64,000 bases of DNA from positions 608,001-672,000 of the forward strand of contig JAXCHI010000003.1 of NCBI GenBank assembly GCA_033977065.1, read 5' to 3'. The notes under the pieces are model-generated. The model did not search any database and was not told the origin of the DNA. It worked only from the letters and a program-made list of their open reading frames with translations. Below, piece by piece: positions 1-8,352 of this stretch. The position numbers and the translations under genes were made by a program. The DNA comes from Candidatus Algichlamydia australiensis (GTDB taxonomy: Bacteria > Chlamydiota > Chlamydiia > Chlamydiales > JAJFMI01). Within the stretch, counting starts at the first letter, position 1. Each line of letters starts with the position of its first letter.

Positions 1-1
1 T

Positions 2-2371
2 TTTTTAATTGGAGTGGAGTCGGAGCTCTCTTATCTCATCGATGAAGAGGGAAGTCTGCGCTTTACTGGCGATGTTCATGAAAAAGAGAGTGGAGCTGTT
101 GACTATGGTGCTTGGCTCTATATTCGAGGACGCGGTTTTTATGCGAAAAAGGGAGAGCGGCGCACCTCCATTGTGCGGCCGGGTCTTGTTATTGAAAGAG
201 AAGAGGTTTCGCACTTTATCCATGAACAGCGCGACGATTTGGAGAGCGTAGAGCGCTTTTTTTCTAACCACTGCCCTGTAGAAAAGAGCGGTTTGGAAAT
301 TGGCTTTAATGATGCAGGAAACATTCACATTGAGCCAACTTACCTTCTTTTGCCTGAATACAAAAATCGCAAAGTCGATTTTTTTGAAGAGTTTGCTTAT
401 GTCAAAGGGGAAGGTTTTTCTGAGATGCCATCTGGAATCCGGCTTCCTGCTGATTATCAGAGCGCACGCTCGATCGATCCAAAAGAACAAAAAGCCTTTT
501 TACATTACGATTTAGATCAAATTATCCCTTTTGCGCTTGAAGTTGACCGTAAATTGCAAAAACCGCAGCGAATCTCTTTAAAAATCTACTCTCTTAGCCG
601 TGCGCGTGGAGAGGGAGAGTGGCAGGTGGGATTGCGTTATGAGACAAATCTAGGAGGGCTCGATCTTTTTGCCATCTGGGAAGGAATTAAAGAGAAAAAA
701 GCCTTTCTGCTTACTGACGCAGGTCTTATCAACTTAGCCCATCCACGTTACAACTGGCTTCATACGCTAAAAAAACGCCGCTTCTCCCGCGATCGCAAAA
801 AAGTACGACTCACAACCTTAGAGTGGATCCGCCTTACAGCCTTTGAAGAGATTCAAAAGCCGATTGGAAAGGGGGAAGCAGAAAAAAAACTGCTGAAAAA
901 TTTAGAGAAAATTAGCAGCTTTAAAACCCGTATTAAACCCGATATTACAGGACTTAAAAGCACTTTGCGACCCTATCAGACTGTTGGGGTTAACTGGCTC
1001 TTCTCTCTCTATTATCACGGTATTTCGGCTATGCTCTGCGATGAAATGGGTCTTGGGAAGACCCACCAAGCGATGGCGCTTATGTCAGCGATCAAAAATC
1101 GCGAAGCTGAGGCGAAAATATTAGTTGTTTGCCCTACCTCTGTCATTTATCACTGGGAAGAGCTGTTAAAAAACTTCCTTCCAGGTATCCGTACTTTGGT
1201 GTACTACGGAGTGACACGTTCTCTACGTGGCTTTGAAGAGAATTACGATCTTATCCTGACCTCATATGGAACTCTGCGCAGCGAAAAAGAGACATTTCCA
1301 GGGATGCACTTTGAGCTTGCTGTATTTGATGAACTGCAAATTGCCAAAAATAAGCAGTCGCAAACGCATCGCGCCTTGCGGCGCCTCGATGCTAAAATGC
1401 GCGTTGGTCTTACTGGAACACCCATTGAAAATCGCCTTCTTGAGCTTAAATCCCTTTTTGATATTATCCTTCCTGGCTTTATGCCAACCGATCAGATCTT
1501 CAAAGAGCTCTTCATCAAACCGATTGAGCAGCATCAAGATAAAGGCAAAGAAAAACTTCTATCACGCCTTATCAATCCCTTCATCTTGCGGAGAAAAAAA
1601 GATGAAGTTCTGCAAGATCTTCCCGAGCGAATTGAGGAGATTTCTTATTGCGATCTTTCTGATGAGCAGCACCGCCTTTACGAAGAGACCTATCTGCAAA
1701 GCCGCGATATGATCTCCCATGAGATGGAAGAGGACAAAGTTCCCTACATGCATATCTTTGCAATGCTCACACGTCTCAAACAAATTTGTGACCACCCCGC
1801 ACTTATTTCAAAAGATCCGCGAGAGTATGAACGCTATAAATCGGGGAAGTGGGAACTTTTTACAGAACTCCTTGCAGAAGCGCTTGAGAGTGGTCAAAAA
1901 GTTGTTGTATTCACACAGTTTGTGGACATGGCTGTTATTATTGAAAATCATCTGAAGAAAAAGAACATCGGCTTTGCTGGCATTCGCGGTGCTACACGCG
2001 ATCGCAAAGCGCAGCTTCATAAATTTCGCGATGACCCCGAGTGTCGTGTCTTTGTTGGAACACTGCAAGCAGCCGGTACAGGAATCGATCTGATCTCCGC
2101 CTCTGTTCTCATTCACTACGACCGCTGGTGGAATCCTGCTAAAGAAGAGCAGGCCACTGCCCGCGTGCACCGTATTGGCCAGCGCCGCGGGGTGCAAGTC
2201 TTCAAACTTGTGACGAAAAAAAGTGTCGAAGAGCACATTCATAACATTATCGAGAAGAAAAAGAAACTACAACGCATCGTTGGTTTTGATGATGAAAACA
2301 GCATCAAAACCTTAAGTGAATCAGAGCTTACGGACCTCATGCGAGAGCTTGGTCGTGACCTCTCCTCTTAA
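2..2371 (+). CDS. SNF2/SWI2-family helicase (5'-partial)
   Basis: LRPYQ, CDEMGLGKT, FDELQ, LTGTPIEN and QATARVHRIGQ motifs; frame is open to the window edge. Confidence 0.93.
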   Translation, partial: FLIGVESELSYLIDEEGSLRFTGDVHEKESGAVDYGAWLYIRGRGFYAKKGERRTSIVRPGLVIEREEVSHFIHEQRDDLESVERFFSNHCPVEKSGLEIGFNDAGNIHIEPTYLLLPEYKNRKVDFFEEFAYVKGEGFSEMPSGIRLPADYQSARSIDPKEQKAFLHYDLDQIIPFALEVDRKLQKPQRISLKIYSLSRARGEGEWQVGLRYETNLGGLDLFAIWEGIKEKKAFLLTDAGLINLAHPRYNWLHTLKKRRFSRDRKKVRLTTLEWIRLTAFEEIQKPIGKGEAEKKLLKNLEKISSFKTRIKPDITGLKSTLRPYQTVGVNWLFSLYYHGISAMLCDEMGLGKTHQAMALMSAIKNREAEAKILVVCPTSVIYHWEELLKNFLPGIRTLVYYGVTRSLRGFEENYDLILTSYGTLRSEKETFPGMHFELAVFDELQIAKNKQSQTHRALRRLDAKMRVGLTGTPIENRLLELKSLFDIILPGFMPTDQIFKELFIKPIEQHQDKGKEKLLSRLINPFILRRKKDEVLQDLPERIEEISYCDLSDEQHRLYEETYLQSRDMISHEMEEDKVPYMHIFAMLTRLKQICDHPALISKDPREYERYKSGKWELFTELLAEALESGQKVVVFTQFVDMAVIIENHLKKKNIGFAGIRGATRDRKAQLHKFRDDPECRVFVGTLQAAGTGIDLISASVLIHYDRWWNPAKEEQATARVHRIGQRRGVQVFKLVTKKSVEEHIHNIIEKKKKLQRIVGFDDENSIKTLSESELTDLMRELGRDLSS

Positions 2372-2712
2372 AAACAAGCGTGAACTAGTTTTGCAAGAGT
2401 TTTTAAAGTGGGGTTCCTTGATTTAATTGTATTATAAACAGTTGACCTAGAAAGGTTTGTTTTATTTGAAAGTTCTGATTTGTTAAGTGTTTCAAGATAT
2501 GTTTCAATTACCTCAATAACTCCCTCAGCATCACCATCTTTTAGGCATTCCCAAATCACACGGCTTACAAATTTTTCGTTTAAAAGCTCTTTTGTTGGGT
2601 TACACTTTCGAATTCCAGATCTTCTTTTAAGTCTCATTTTATTTGGCTCACTTCGTGTCGACGTACTCTTTGAGGATCTTTTTTGCCTTTTTGATATCTT
2701 TGCTTTGCCCAT
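2368..2712 (-). CDS. HTH antitoxin (addiction module antidote, HI1420/HigA-like)
   Basis: C-terminal HTH (KSELSNKTNLSRSTVYN...NPTLKTLAKL) directly downstream of a RelE/HigB-like gene; start uncertain. Confidence 0.8.
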   Translation of the reverse strand: MGKAKISKRQKRSSKSTSTRSEPNKMRLKRRSGIRKCNPTKELLNEKFVSRVIWECLKDGDAEGVIEVIETYLETLNKSELSNKTNLSRSTVYNTIKSRNPTLKTLAKLVHACF

Positions 2713-2953
2713 TTTTATTTCCGCCTAATAACAATAATAAATCTTTTTCGGGAATGTAAGCATAATATACTCTCCTTCCATTTTTCCACCGTAATTCCCA
2801 AACACCTTCTCGAAGATCCTTGTGATCTCCGAAGTAACCTTCCTCTTGAATCAAAGAAAGTCGTTTCAGGATCTGAAATTGGCTCTTCCCTTGTTGCTGG
2901 TCAAACCATTCGTCATATTCTTCTGTCTTATAAATATTACCGGCTTTATCCAC
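2648..2953 (-). CDS. RelE/HigB-like toxin (addiction module killer protein)
   Basis: KTEEYDEWF...GYFGDHKDLREGVWELRWKNGRRVYY...LLLLGGNKNGQSKDIKKAK pattern; GTG start at 2953 chosen because the upstream extension lies in the promoter. Confidence 0.85.
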   Translation of the reverse strand: MDKAGNIYKTEEYDEWFDQQQGKSQFQILKRLSLIQEEGYFGDHKDLREGVWELRWKNGRRVYYAYIPEKDLLLLLGGNKNGQSKDIKKAKKILKEYVDTK

Positions 2954-2958
2954 AACAA

Positions 2959-2989
2959 AGATTGTCCAACATGTTGGACAATCTGTCAA
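2959..2989 (-). promoter_or_regulatory. Sigma70-type promoter with overlapping 26-bp perfect palindromic operator
   Basis: Minus strand TTGACA(2989-2984)-N17-GACAAT(2966-2961); palindrome AGATTGTCCAACATGTTGGACAATCT at 2959-2984. Confidence 0.75.
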
Positions 2990-3081
2990 TATATTTTTTA
3001 TCTCTTCTTCGGTGTAATAAAAAATAAGTAAAATTTTTACTTCACTGTACTTTTTTCTAAAGTTAGGTTATCATTCTCTTC

Positions 3082-4407
3082 GTGAAGAAGCCTAAGATCG
3101 CCTTAGTTGGGAGACCCAACGTGGGTAAGTCCTCCTTATTTAACCGAATTTGCCGCAAACGCAGCTCCATCGTGGATGAGATGGAGGGAGTTACGCGCGA
3201 TCGTCTCTACGGTGAGGCGGAAATTTTTGGTAAACATTTTACTTTAATTGATACGGGCGGGATTGATCTGGAGGAGCAAATTCCATTTTGGGAGGAGGTC
3301 CGCGGTCAGGCTGAGCATGCGATTCATGAAGCGGATGCTATCATTCTTGTTGTTGATGGAAAGGTAGGGGTGACCAAGGCGGATGAGGAGATCGCCCGTC
3401 TTTTGCGCGCTTCACCAAAGCCACTTATTCTCGCTGTCAATAAAATTGACAATGAAAAATTAGAAAAAAATCTGCACGATTTCTACTCGCTTGGTGTTGA
3501 AAAAATGCTTGCCGTTTCGGCAACGCAGGGAACAATGATCGCAGAGCTTTTAGAGCATGCGCTAGAAAATATAGAGGGTGAAGAAGAAGTACACGACCCT
3601 TCGATTAAAGTTGCCATTATTGGCCGGCCCAATGTAGGGAAATCCACACTTCTCAACCATCTTCTCGGCACAGCGCGCTCTGTTGTTAGCGATGTGGCCG
3701 GTACTACCCGCGATGCCATTGATGCGCATGTTGTATTTGATGACAAAGAGTACCTTTTTATTGATACAGCAGGTTTGCGACGTAAGCATAAAGAGCCTGA
3801 GGTCGTCGACAAATTTGCGCGCATTCGCAGCATGAAGGCGATTGAGCGAGCGGATATCTGTCTCTTTATGATGGATGGTACGGAAGGCCTCACAACACAA
3901 GAGAAGCGCTATCTGCAGGAAATTGAGAAGCAGGGGAAAGGAGCGCTGCTCTTTTTCAATAAGTGGGATCTCATTGAGGGACATCGCATGGAGCACTGCG
4001 AAAAGGCGATCCGTGAAATTGTGCCCTCCTTAAATTACGCACCAATTTTGTTTGGCTCTGCCAAAAAGGGGCGTAATGTGGAGAAAATTTTTCCGCTTTT
4101 AGAAAAAATTCATGCCTCACTCAAAATGCGCATTACAACAGGGCAACTCAACTCTTTCTTAGAGAAAACGATGCAGATGGTGCACCCTCCCATGATCAAA
4201 GGCAAGCGGTTGCGAGTCTACTACATGACACAAGTCAAATCGTTGCCACCCCACTTTGTGCTTTTTGTGAATCACCCCGACCGCATGACACGTGCTTACG
4301 AAAAGTATTTAATCAATAGCTTCCGCAAACAGTTCTCTTTTACCGGCGCGCCTATCCGCTGGAATTTGCGCAAGAAGAAAAAAGCTGAGTTCCACCCAGA
4401 CCGTTAA
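3082..4407 (+). CDS. der: Ribosome biogenesis GTPase Der/EngA
   Basis: Two tandem GTPase domains (GRPNVGKS, DTGG/DTAG, NKID/NKWD) and KH-like C-terminus. Confidence 0.97.
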   Translation: MKKPKIALVGRPNVGKSSLFNRICRKRSSIVDEMEGVTRDRLYGEAEIFGKHFTLIDTGGIDLEEQIPFWEEVRGQAEHAIHEADAIILVVDGKVGVTKADEEIARLLRASPKPLILAVNKIDNEKLEKNLHDFYSLGVEKMLAVSATQGTMIAELLEHALENIEGEEEVHDPSIKVAIIGRPNVGKSTLLNHLLGTARSVVSDVAGTTRDAIDAHVVFDDKEYLFIDTAGLRRKHKEPEVVDKFARIRSMKAIERADICLFMMDGTEGLTTQEKRYLQEIEKQGKGALLFFNKWDLIEGHRMEHCEKAIREIVPSLNYAPILFGSAKKGRNVEKIFPLLEKIHASLKMRITTGQLNSFLEKTMQMVHPPMIKGKRLRVYYMTQVKSLPPHFVLFVNHPDRMTRAYEKYLINSFRKQFSFTGAPIRWNLRKKKKAEFHPDR

Positions 4408-4443
4408 AATAATGGTCAAAATCTTGAAAAAAGTTTATTATTG

Positions 4444-5547
4444 ATGGAACTGATGAAGTATGAAATTCCATTATTACCTATCTCTTTCGATCTTGAGACG
4501 AAGTCAATTTTAAAAAAACTGGCTCATGCTCATCGCGCACTTGCTGAGCTCAAAGGTGTTACAGGGATCATTCCCAATCAAAGTATTTTGATTGATACGC
4601 TGCTGTTGCAAGAAGCAAAAGAGAGTTCTGAAATTGAAAATATCATTACAACTCACGATGAACTCTATAAATATAGTGCGATACTTAAGGATTCTGCTTC
4701 AAAATCTGTAAAAGAAGTACACAATTATGCAGCAGCGCTTCGCAGAGGTTATGACAAAGTAAAAGAGAGTAGCTTGCTCACGAATAACCTTATTTTAGAA
4801 ATTCAAGCTGTAATTGAAGAAAATAGCGCGGGTTTCCGTAAATTACCAGGTACAGAGCTGATAAATGAACAAACAGGACAAGTTGTTTACTCACCTCCAC
4901 AAGATGGTCAAGTCATAAAAGAGTTAATGGCCAATCTTGAGAAGTTTATAAATGATGAATCTTTGAGTAGCCTTGATTCTCTGACAAAAATGGCTATTAT
5001 TCATCATCAATTTGAAAGCATACATCCGTTTTATGATGGAAATGGGCGCACAGGACGAATCATTAATGTGCTTTATCTGGTGAAAAATGGGCTTCTTGAT
5101 ACACCTGTTCTTTACCTTTCTCGCTCTATTAACAAAAAAAAATCGGAATACTATCGGCTGCTTCAATCTGTTCGAAAAAATAAAAATAGTTGGGAAGAGT
5201 GGGTGCTATTTATTTTGGATGCCGTGATTGAGACATCTTTTCATACCATATCACTTATCCAAAAAATGCGTGATCTTATGCTTCATCATAAAAATCATAT
5301 CCGTGAAAAACTTCCAAAAATTTATAGTCAAGATCTACTCAACAATCTATTTCGCCATCCTTATACAAAAGTTGATTTTGTTACAAGCGAGCTAAGAATT
5401 CACCGAAATACGGCACGCAAATACTTAGATGAATTATTAGGGATTGGCATTGTTTCTAAGTATAAAATTGGCAAAGATAGTTTTTATATCAATACTGAGT
5501 TATTTGAGCTTTTGAAAAATTCAGGTCCTTTTGATAGGAACGGGTAG
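4444..5547 (+). CDS. Fic-domain protein (class II, N-terminal inhibitory helix, C-terminal HTH)
   Basis: Canonical HPFYDGNGRTGR motif; SSEIEN matches (S/T)xxxE(G/N); C-terminal IHRNTARKYLDELL. Confidence 0.92.
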   Translation: MELMKYEIPLLPISFDLETKSILKKLAHAHRALAELKGVTGIIPNQSILIDTLLLQEAKESSEIENIITTHDELYKYSAILKDSASKSVKEVHNYAAALRRGYDKVKESSLLTNNLILEIQAVIEENSAGFRKLPGTELINEQTGQVVYSPPQDGQVIKELMANLEKFINDESLSSLDSLTKMAIIHHQFESIHPFYDGNGRTGRIINVLYLVKNGLLDTPVLYLSRSINKKKSEYYRLLQSVRKNKNSWEEWVLFILDAVIETSFHTISLIQKMRDLMLHHKNHIREKLPKIYSQDLLNNLFRHPYTKVDFVTSELRIHRNTARKYLDELLGIGIVSKYKIGKDSFYINTELFELLKNSGPFDRNG

Positions 5548-5557
5548 GAAAAAGTTC

Positions 5558-5626
5558 TGCACAAGAAATGGCGTTTTCTTGTGCATGTTTTGACTGTGTG
5601 CACAAGAAATGCTGTTTTCTTGTGCA
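5558..5626. repeat. Two 28-bp inverted repeats TGCACAAGAAA-N6-TTTCTTGTGCA, 41 bp apart
   Basis: Units at 5558-5585 and 5599-5626 read directly. Confidence 0.9.
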
Positions 5627-5670
5627 GATATGAGCCATGCAGTTTGGATTTTCATTTAGGAGAACTCTCA

Positions 5671-6996
5671 GTGAAGTACAAAAAAACTCTTTTTTTATTC
5701 CATCGCGACTTAAGGTTACAAGATAACTTAGGGTTTATTGAAGCGGTAGAGCACTCTGAAACCGTCTTCCCTGTTTTTATTTTTGATAAGAAGCAGGTTG
5801 GGAAAGAAAATACCTATTTTTCAGAAAATGCTTTTCAATTCATGCTGGAGTCTTTAGAAGAGCTCGAAAAAGAGTTGGATGGAAAACTCTCCTTTTTTCA
5901 AGGAAATACGCTAGAATTGATTCCTCAAATCATTAAAAAGTACCAAATTGAGGCGCTCTTTTGTAACCGCGATTACACCCCTTTTGCTAGGAAACGGGAT
6001 AACAATATCAAGAAAATTTGTGCAGAGTTGGGTATAGATTTTTCTATTTTCGATGATGCCCTTCTGAATCCACCAGAGAAGGTCGTCAAAAAAGATGGAA
6101 AACCCTACGAGGTTTTCACTCCATACTACAAGTCAGCTTCGCTCCATTTAGTCTCTTATCCAAAGAGACATGTAGGGGGGAAGTATGAGAAAATTAGCAG
6201 AGATAGGCTTCCTGAGTACAAGAAAAATCCGCACATTTTTGTAAATGGAGGAAGAGAGAGGGCGAAAAAAATTTTAGTTGGGATAGAAAATTTACGTAAC
6301 TATGCAAATGAGCGCGACTTTCCCTACATTAACCAGACTTCAAAACTCTCTGCTCACCATAAATTTGGAACGATTTCCATTCGTGAAACCTATCATGTGA
6401 TCAAAAAAAAATTAGGACCATCTCACCCTCTAATTAGGCAGCTCTATTGGCGCGATTTTTTTACACACATCGCTTTTTTCTATCCACATGTGTTTGGAAA
6501 CGCCTTTCAGCACCGCTACAGTTCCATCAATTGGCGCAGTTCTGAAAAAGATTTTGCTCTTTGGTGTGAAGGAAAAACTGGCTTTCCTTTTGTAGATGCA
6601 GGCATGCGTCAGCTCAATAAAACAGGGTGGATGCACAATCGTTTGCGCATGGTAGTCGCCTCATTCCTGACTAAAGATCTTCTTATAGATTGGCGCTTGG
6701 GGGAACGCTACTTTGCTCAGAAGCTTGTTGATTACGATCCCTGCGTCAACAACGGGAGTTGGCAATGGGCCTCTTCCACAGGTTGTGATGCGCAGCCCTA
6801 TTTTCGTATTTTTAATCCTTGGCTCCAGCAAAAGCGTTTTGACCCAGAAGGGAAGTACATTAAAGAGTATGTTCCGGAGTTAAAAGGGTATGATCCTAAG
6901 TCCCTTCTCAACCCTGACGGAATTGAGGGATACCACCCTCTTATTTGCGATCACAAAGAGAGAACAGCTGAAGCAAAAGCCCTTTTTTCGAAGTAG
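5671..6996 (+). CDS. phrB: Class I CPD DNA photolyase
   Basis: RDLRLQDN, TSKLSAH, QLYWRDF, TGFPFVDAGMRQL..TGWMHNRLRM, WQWASSTG, PYFRIFNP; GTG start after AGGAG. Confidence 0.93.
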   Translation: MKYKKTLFLFHRDLRLQDNLGFIEAVEHSETVFPVFIFDKKQVGKENTYFSENAFQFMLESLEELEKELDGKLSFFQGNTLELIPQIIKKYQIEALFCNRDYTPFARKRDNNIKKICAELGIDFSIFDDALLNPPEKVVKKDGKPYEVFTPYYKSASLHLVSYPKRHVGGKYEKISRDRLPEYKKNPHIFVNGGRERAKKILVGIENLRNYANERDFPYINQTSKLSAHHKFGTISIRETYHVIKKKLGPSHPLIRQLYWRDFFTHIAFFYPHVFGNAFQHRYSSINWRSSEKDFALWCEGKTGFPFVDAGMRQLNKTGWMHNRLRMVVASFLTKDLLIDWRLGERYFAQKLVDYDPCVNNGSWQWASSTGCDAQPYFRIFNPWLQQKRFDPEGKYIKEYVPELKGYDPKSLLNPDGIEGYHPLICDHKERTAEAKALFSK

Positions 6997-6998
6997 AA

Positions 6999-7376
6999 TT
7001 AAGCGGGGTCGTACTTCCACTCAATGTCATCAATAATTTTTGTCCGGTAGACCCAGGGATCCTTGTTTTCGCGGAGAAGGCGATCACACCCTTTCAGGTA
7101 GCCGCGAATAAAACCGTAGCGACGGATGGCCAGTAGCATGTACTGGGAGCTAGTGGGGCGGAAATGACTACGCGGACCATCTGTTGGAGAAAGGATGTTT
7201 TGGTGGAAACGGATCACTTTTTCTGCGACTTTGCCCGCTAAGCTTTTCGGTGGAGGGGGCATGATAAAGTCCGTTTTTTTCTTGATAAGTCCCGCGTCTT
7301 TGCCCCATGGCTCAACGTAGCCAGGTTCTGCTAGAAGTGTCAGAGGGAAGAGCAGAAGAAAAATTTTAAAACGCAT
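6999..7376 (-). CDS. YidD-like membrane protein insertion efficiency factor with N-terminal signal
   Basis: SPTDGPRSHFRPTSSQYMLLAIRRYG...DRLLREN resembles the YidD motif with Cys replaced by Ser. Confidence 0.7.
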   Translation of the reverse strand: MRFKIFLLLFPLTLLAEPGYVEPWGKDAGLIKKKTDFIMPPPPKSLAGKVAEKVIRFHQNILSPTDGPRSHFRPTSSQYMLLAIRRYGFIRGYLKGCDRLLRENKDPWVYRTKIIDDIEWKYDPA

Positions 7377-8352
7377 ATCGCAGAGTTAAGATAGGAAATA
7401 GTTTCTCTTTAGCCATGTAAGGGTAAGCGCAATTCTCATACGCGCGCTCATTATGATGTTTAGCTGCTTCACCGGCACCGTAGATACCCCCGAAGTACCA
7501 GCCCGCTTCAAAGCTTGTGGTGATGAGACCGGCTGCGATGTTGCCATCAAGAAAAAAGTAGGTAGCAGCGCCGATGAAGAGACCGTTGAGAAGCAGAGCA
7601 GTAAAAGCTGTGCCTTTCTGTCCGACGTAGAGATAGCCAGCACCAGGAAGAATCGCGTTAAGTGTCTCCGCTTTCGTGATGGACTTCATTTTTGATTCGT
7701 AACAGTCGAGGACAGGATAGATGATGCGCTCAGCTGTTTTAGGCTCAGCTTCTTCTATTTTTTCAAGTATCTGAATGTCGGCATGCTTAAGAGCTGTTGA
7801 TAGGGCGAGCTCTTTGGCCGTTTCTGGATAAAATTTTTGAATGTGATCGAGGATTACTTCTGCTGCAAGGCTCTCTTGGGTAGCGAGATTCGATTCGTAG
7901 AGGATGATGAGAAGATCATGGTAAGCGGGAAAACTGGGATCGACAGAGCGCAGGTGAGAGCAAGTGAAGGTTTGAAGAGCCTCTTCGTAGCGTTTACCAA
8001 GGTAGTAACTTAAAATGATATTGTACTCTGCTTCTTGCAGCCGCTTCATATCTTTTGTGCCAAGAAGGATGGCTGAGCGGCGAAAGGCAGTAATAGCACG
8101 GTAGAGGTCGAGCTCTTTGGCGAATGCGAGGCCAATTTCATACTCTCGTCCCCAGTTTGTAGTCAATTCTTCTCTAGAGAGGGGAGGAAATGGAGAGGAG
8201 AGCTTCTTTAGATGCTGCTCCTGGACCGTATAATTGATTTGAGGTTCAAGTTTTTCGTTGCTAACGCGGTTGCAGCTTGTAACAAGGGAGAGGATCAGTG
8301 CAGAGCTAGTCGAGATCCTCAGGAGTCTTGATGAGATCAATCGCTTGGTCAA
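7366..8352 (-). CDS. TPR-like lipoprotein with C-terminal hydrophobic segments
   Basis: Lipobox-like LILSLVTSC, TPR-like helices, AILPGAGYLY motif; start uncertain (TTG 8352 or 8340), overlaps the cdsC 3' end. Confidence 0.7.
   Translation of the reverse strand: MTKRLISSRLLRISTSSALILSLVTSCNRVSNEKLEPQINYTVQEQHLKKLSSPFPPLSREELTTNWGREYEIGLAFAKELDLYRAITAFRRSAILLGTKDMKRLQEAEYNIILSYYLGKRYEEALQTFTCSHLRSVDPSFPAYHDLLIILYESNLATQESLAAEVILDHIQKFYPETAKELALSTALKHADIQILEKIEEAEPKTAERIIYPVLDCYESKMKSITKAETLNAILPGAGYLYVGQKGTAFTALLLNGLFIGAATYFFLDGNIAAGLITTSFEAGWYFGGIYGAGEAAKHHNERAYENCAYPYMAKEKLFPILTLRYAF

Noticed and set aside
5558..5626. Mini-CRISPR or intrinsic terminator
   Set aside because: Only two units with a 13-bp linker; AT-rich stems without a clear U-tract fit binding sites better, though termination is not excluded
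5581..5670. N-terminal extension of photolyase in the ORF track
   Set aside because: It translates the palindromic repeats; a better RBS and GTG start lie at 5671
7366..8352. Secretin pilotin
   Set aside because: Lipoprotein next to cdsC, but its C-terminal TM segments and coupling to a yidD-like gene suggest a separate module; no positive evidence
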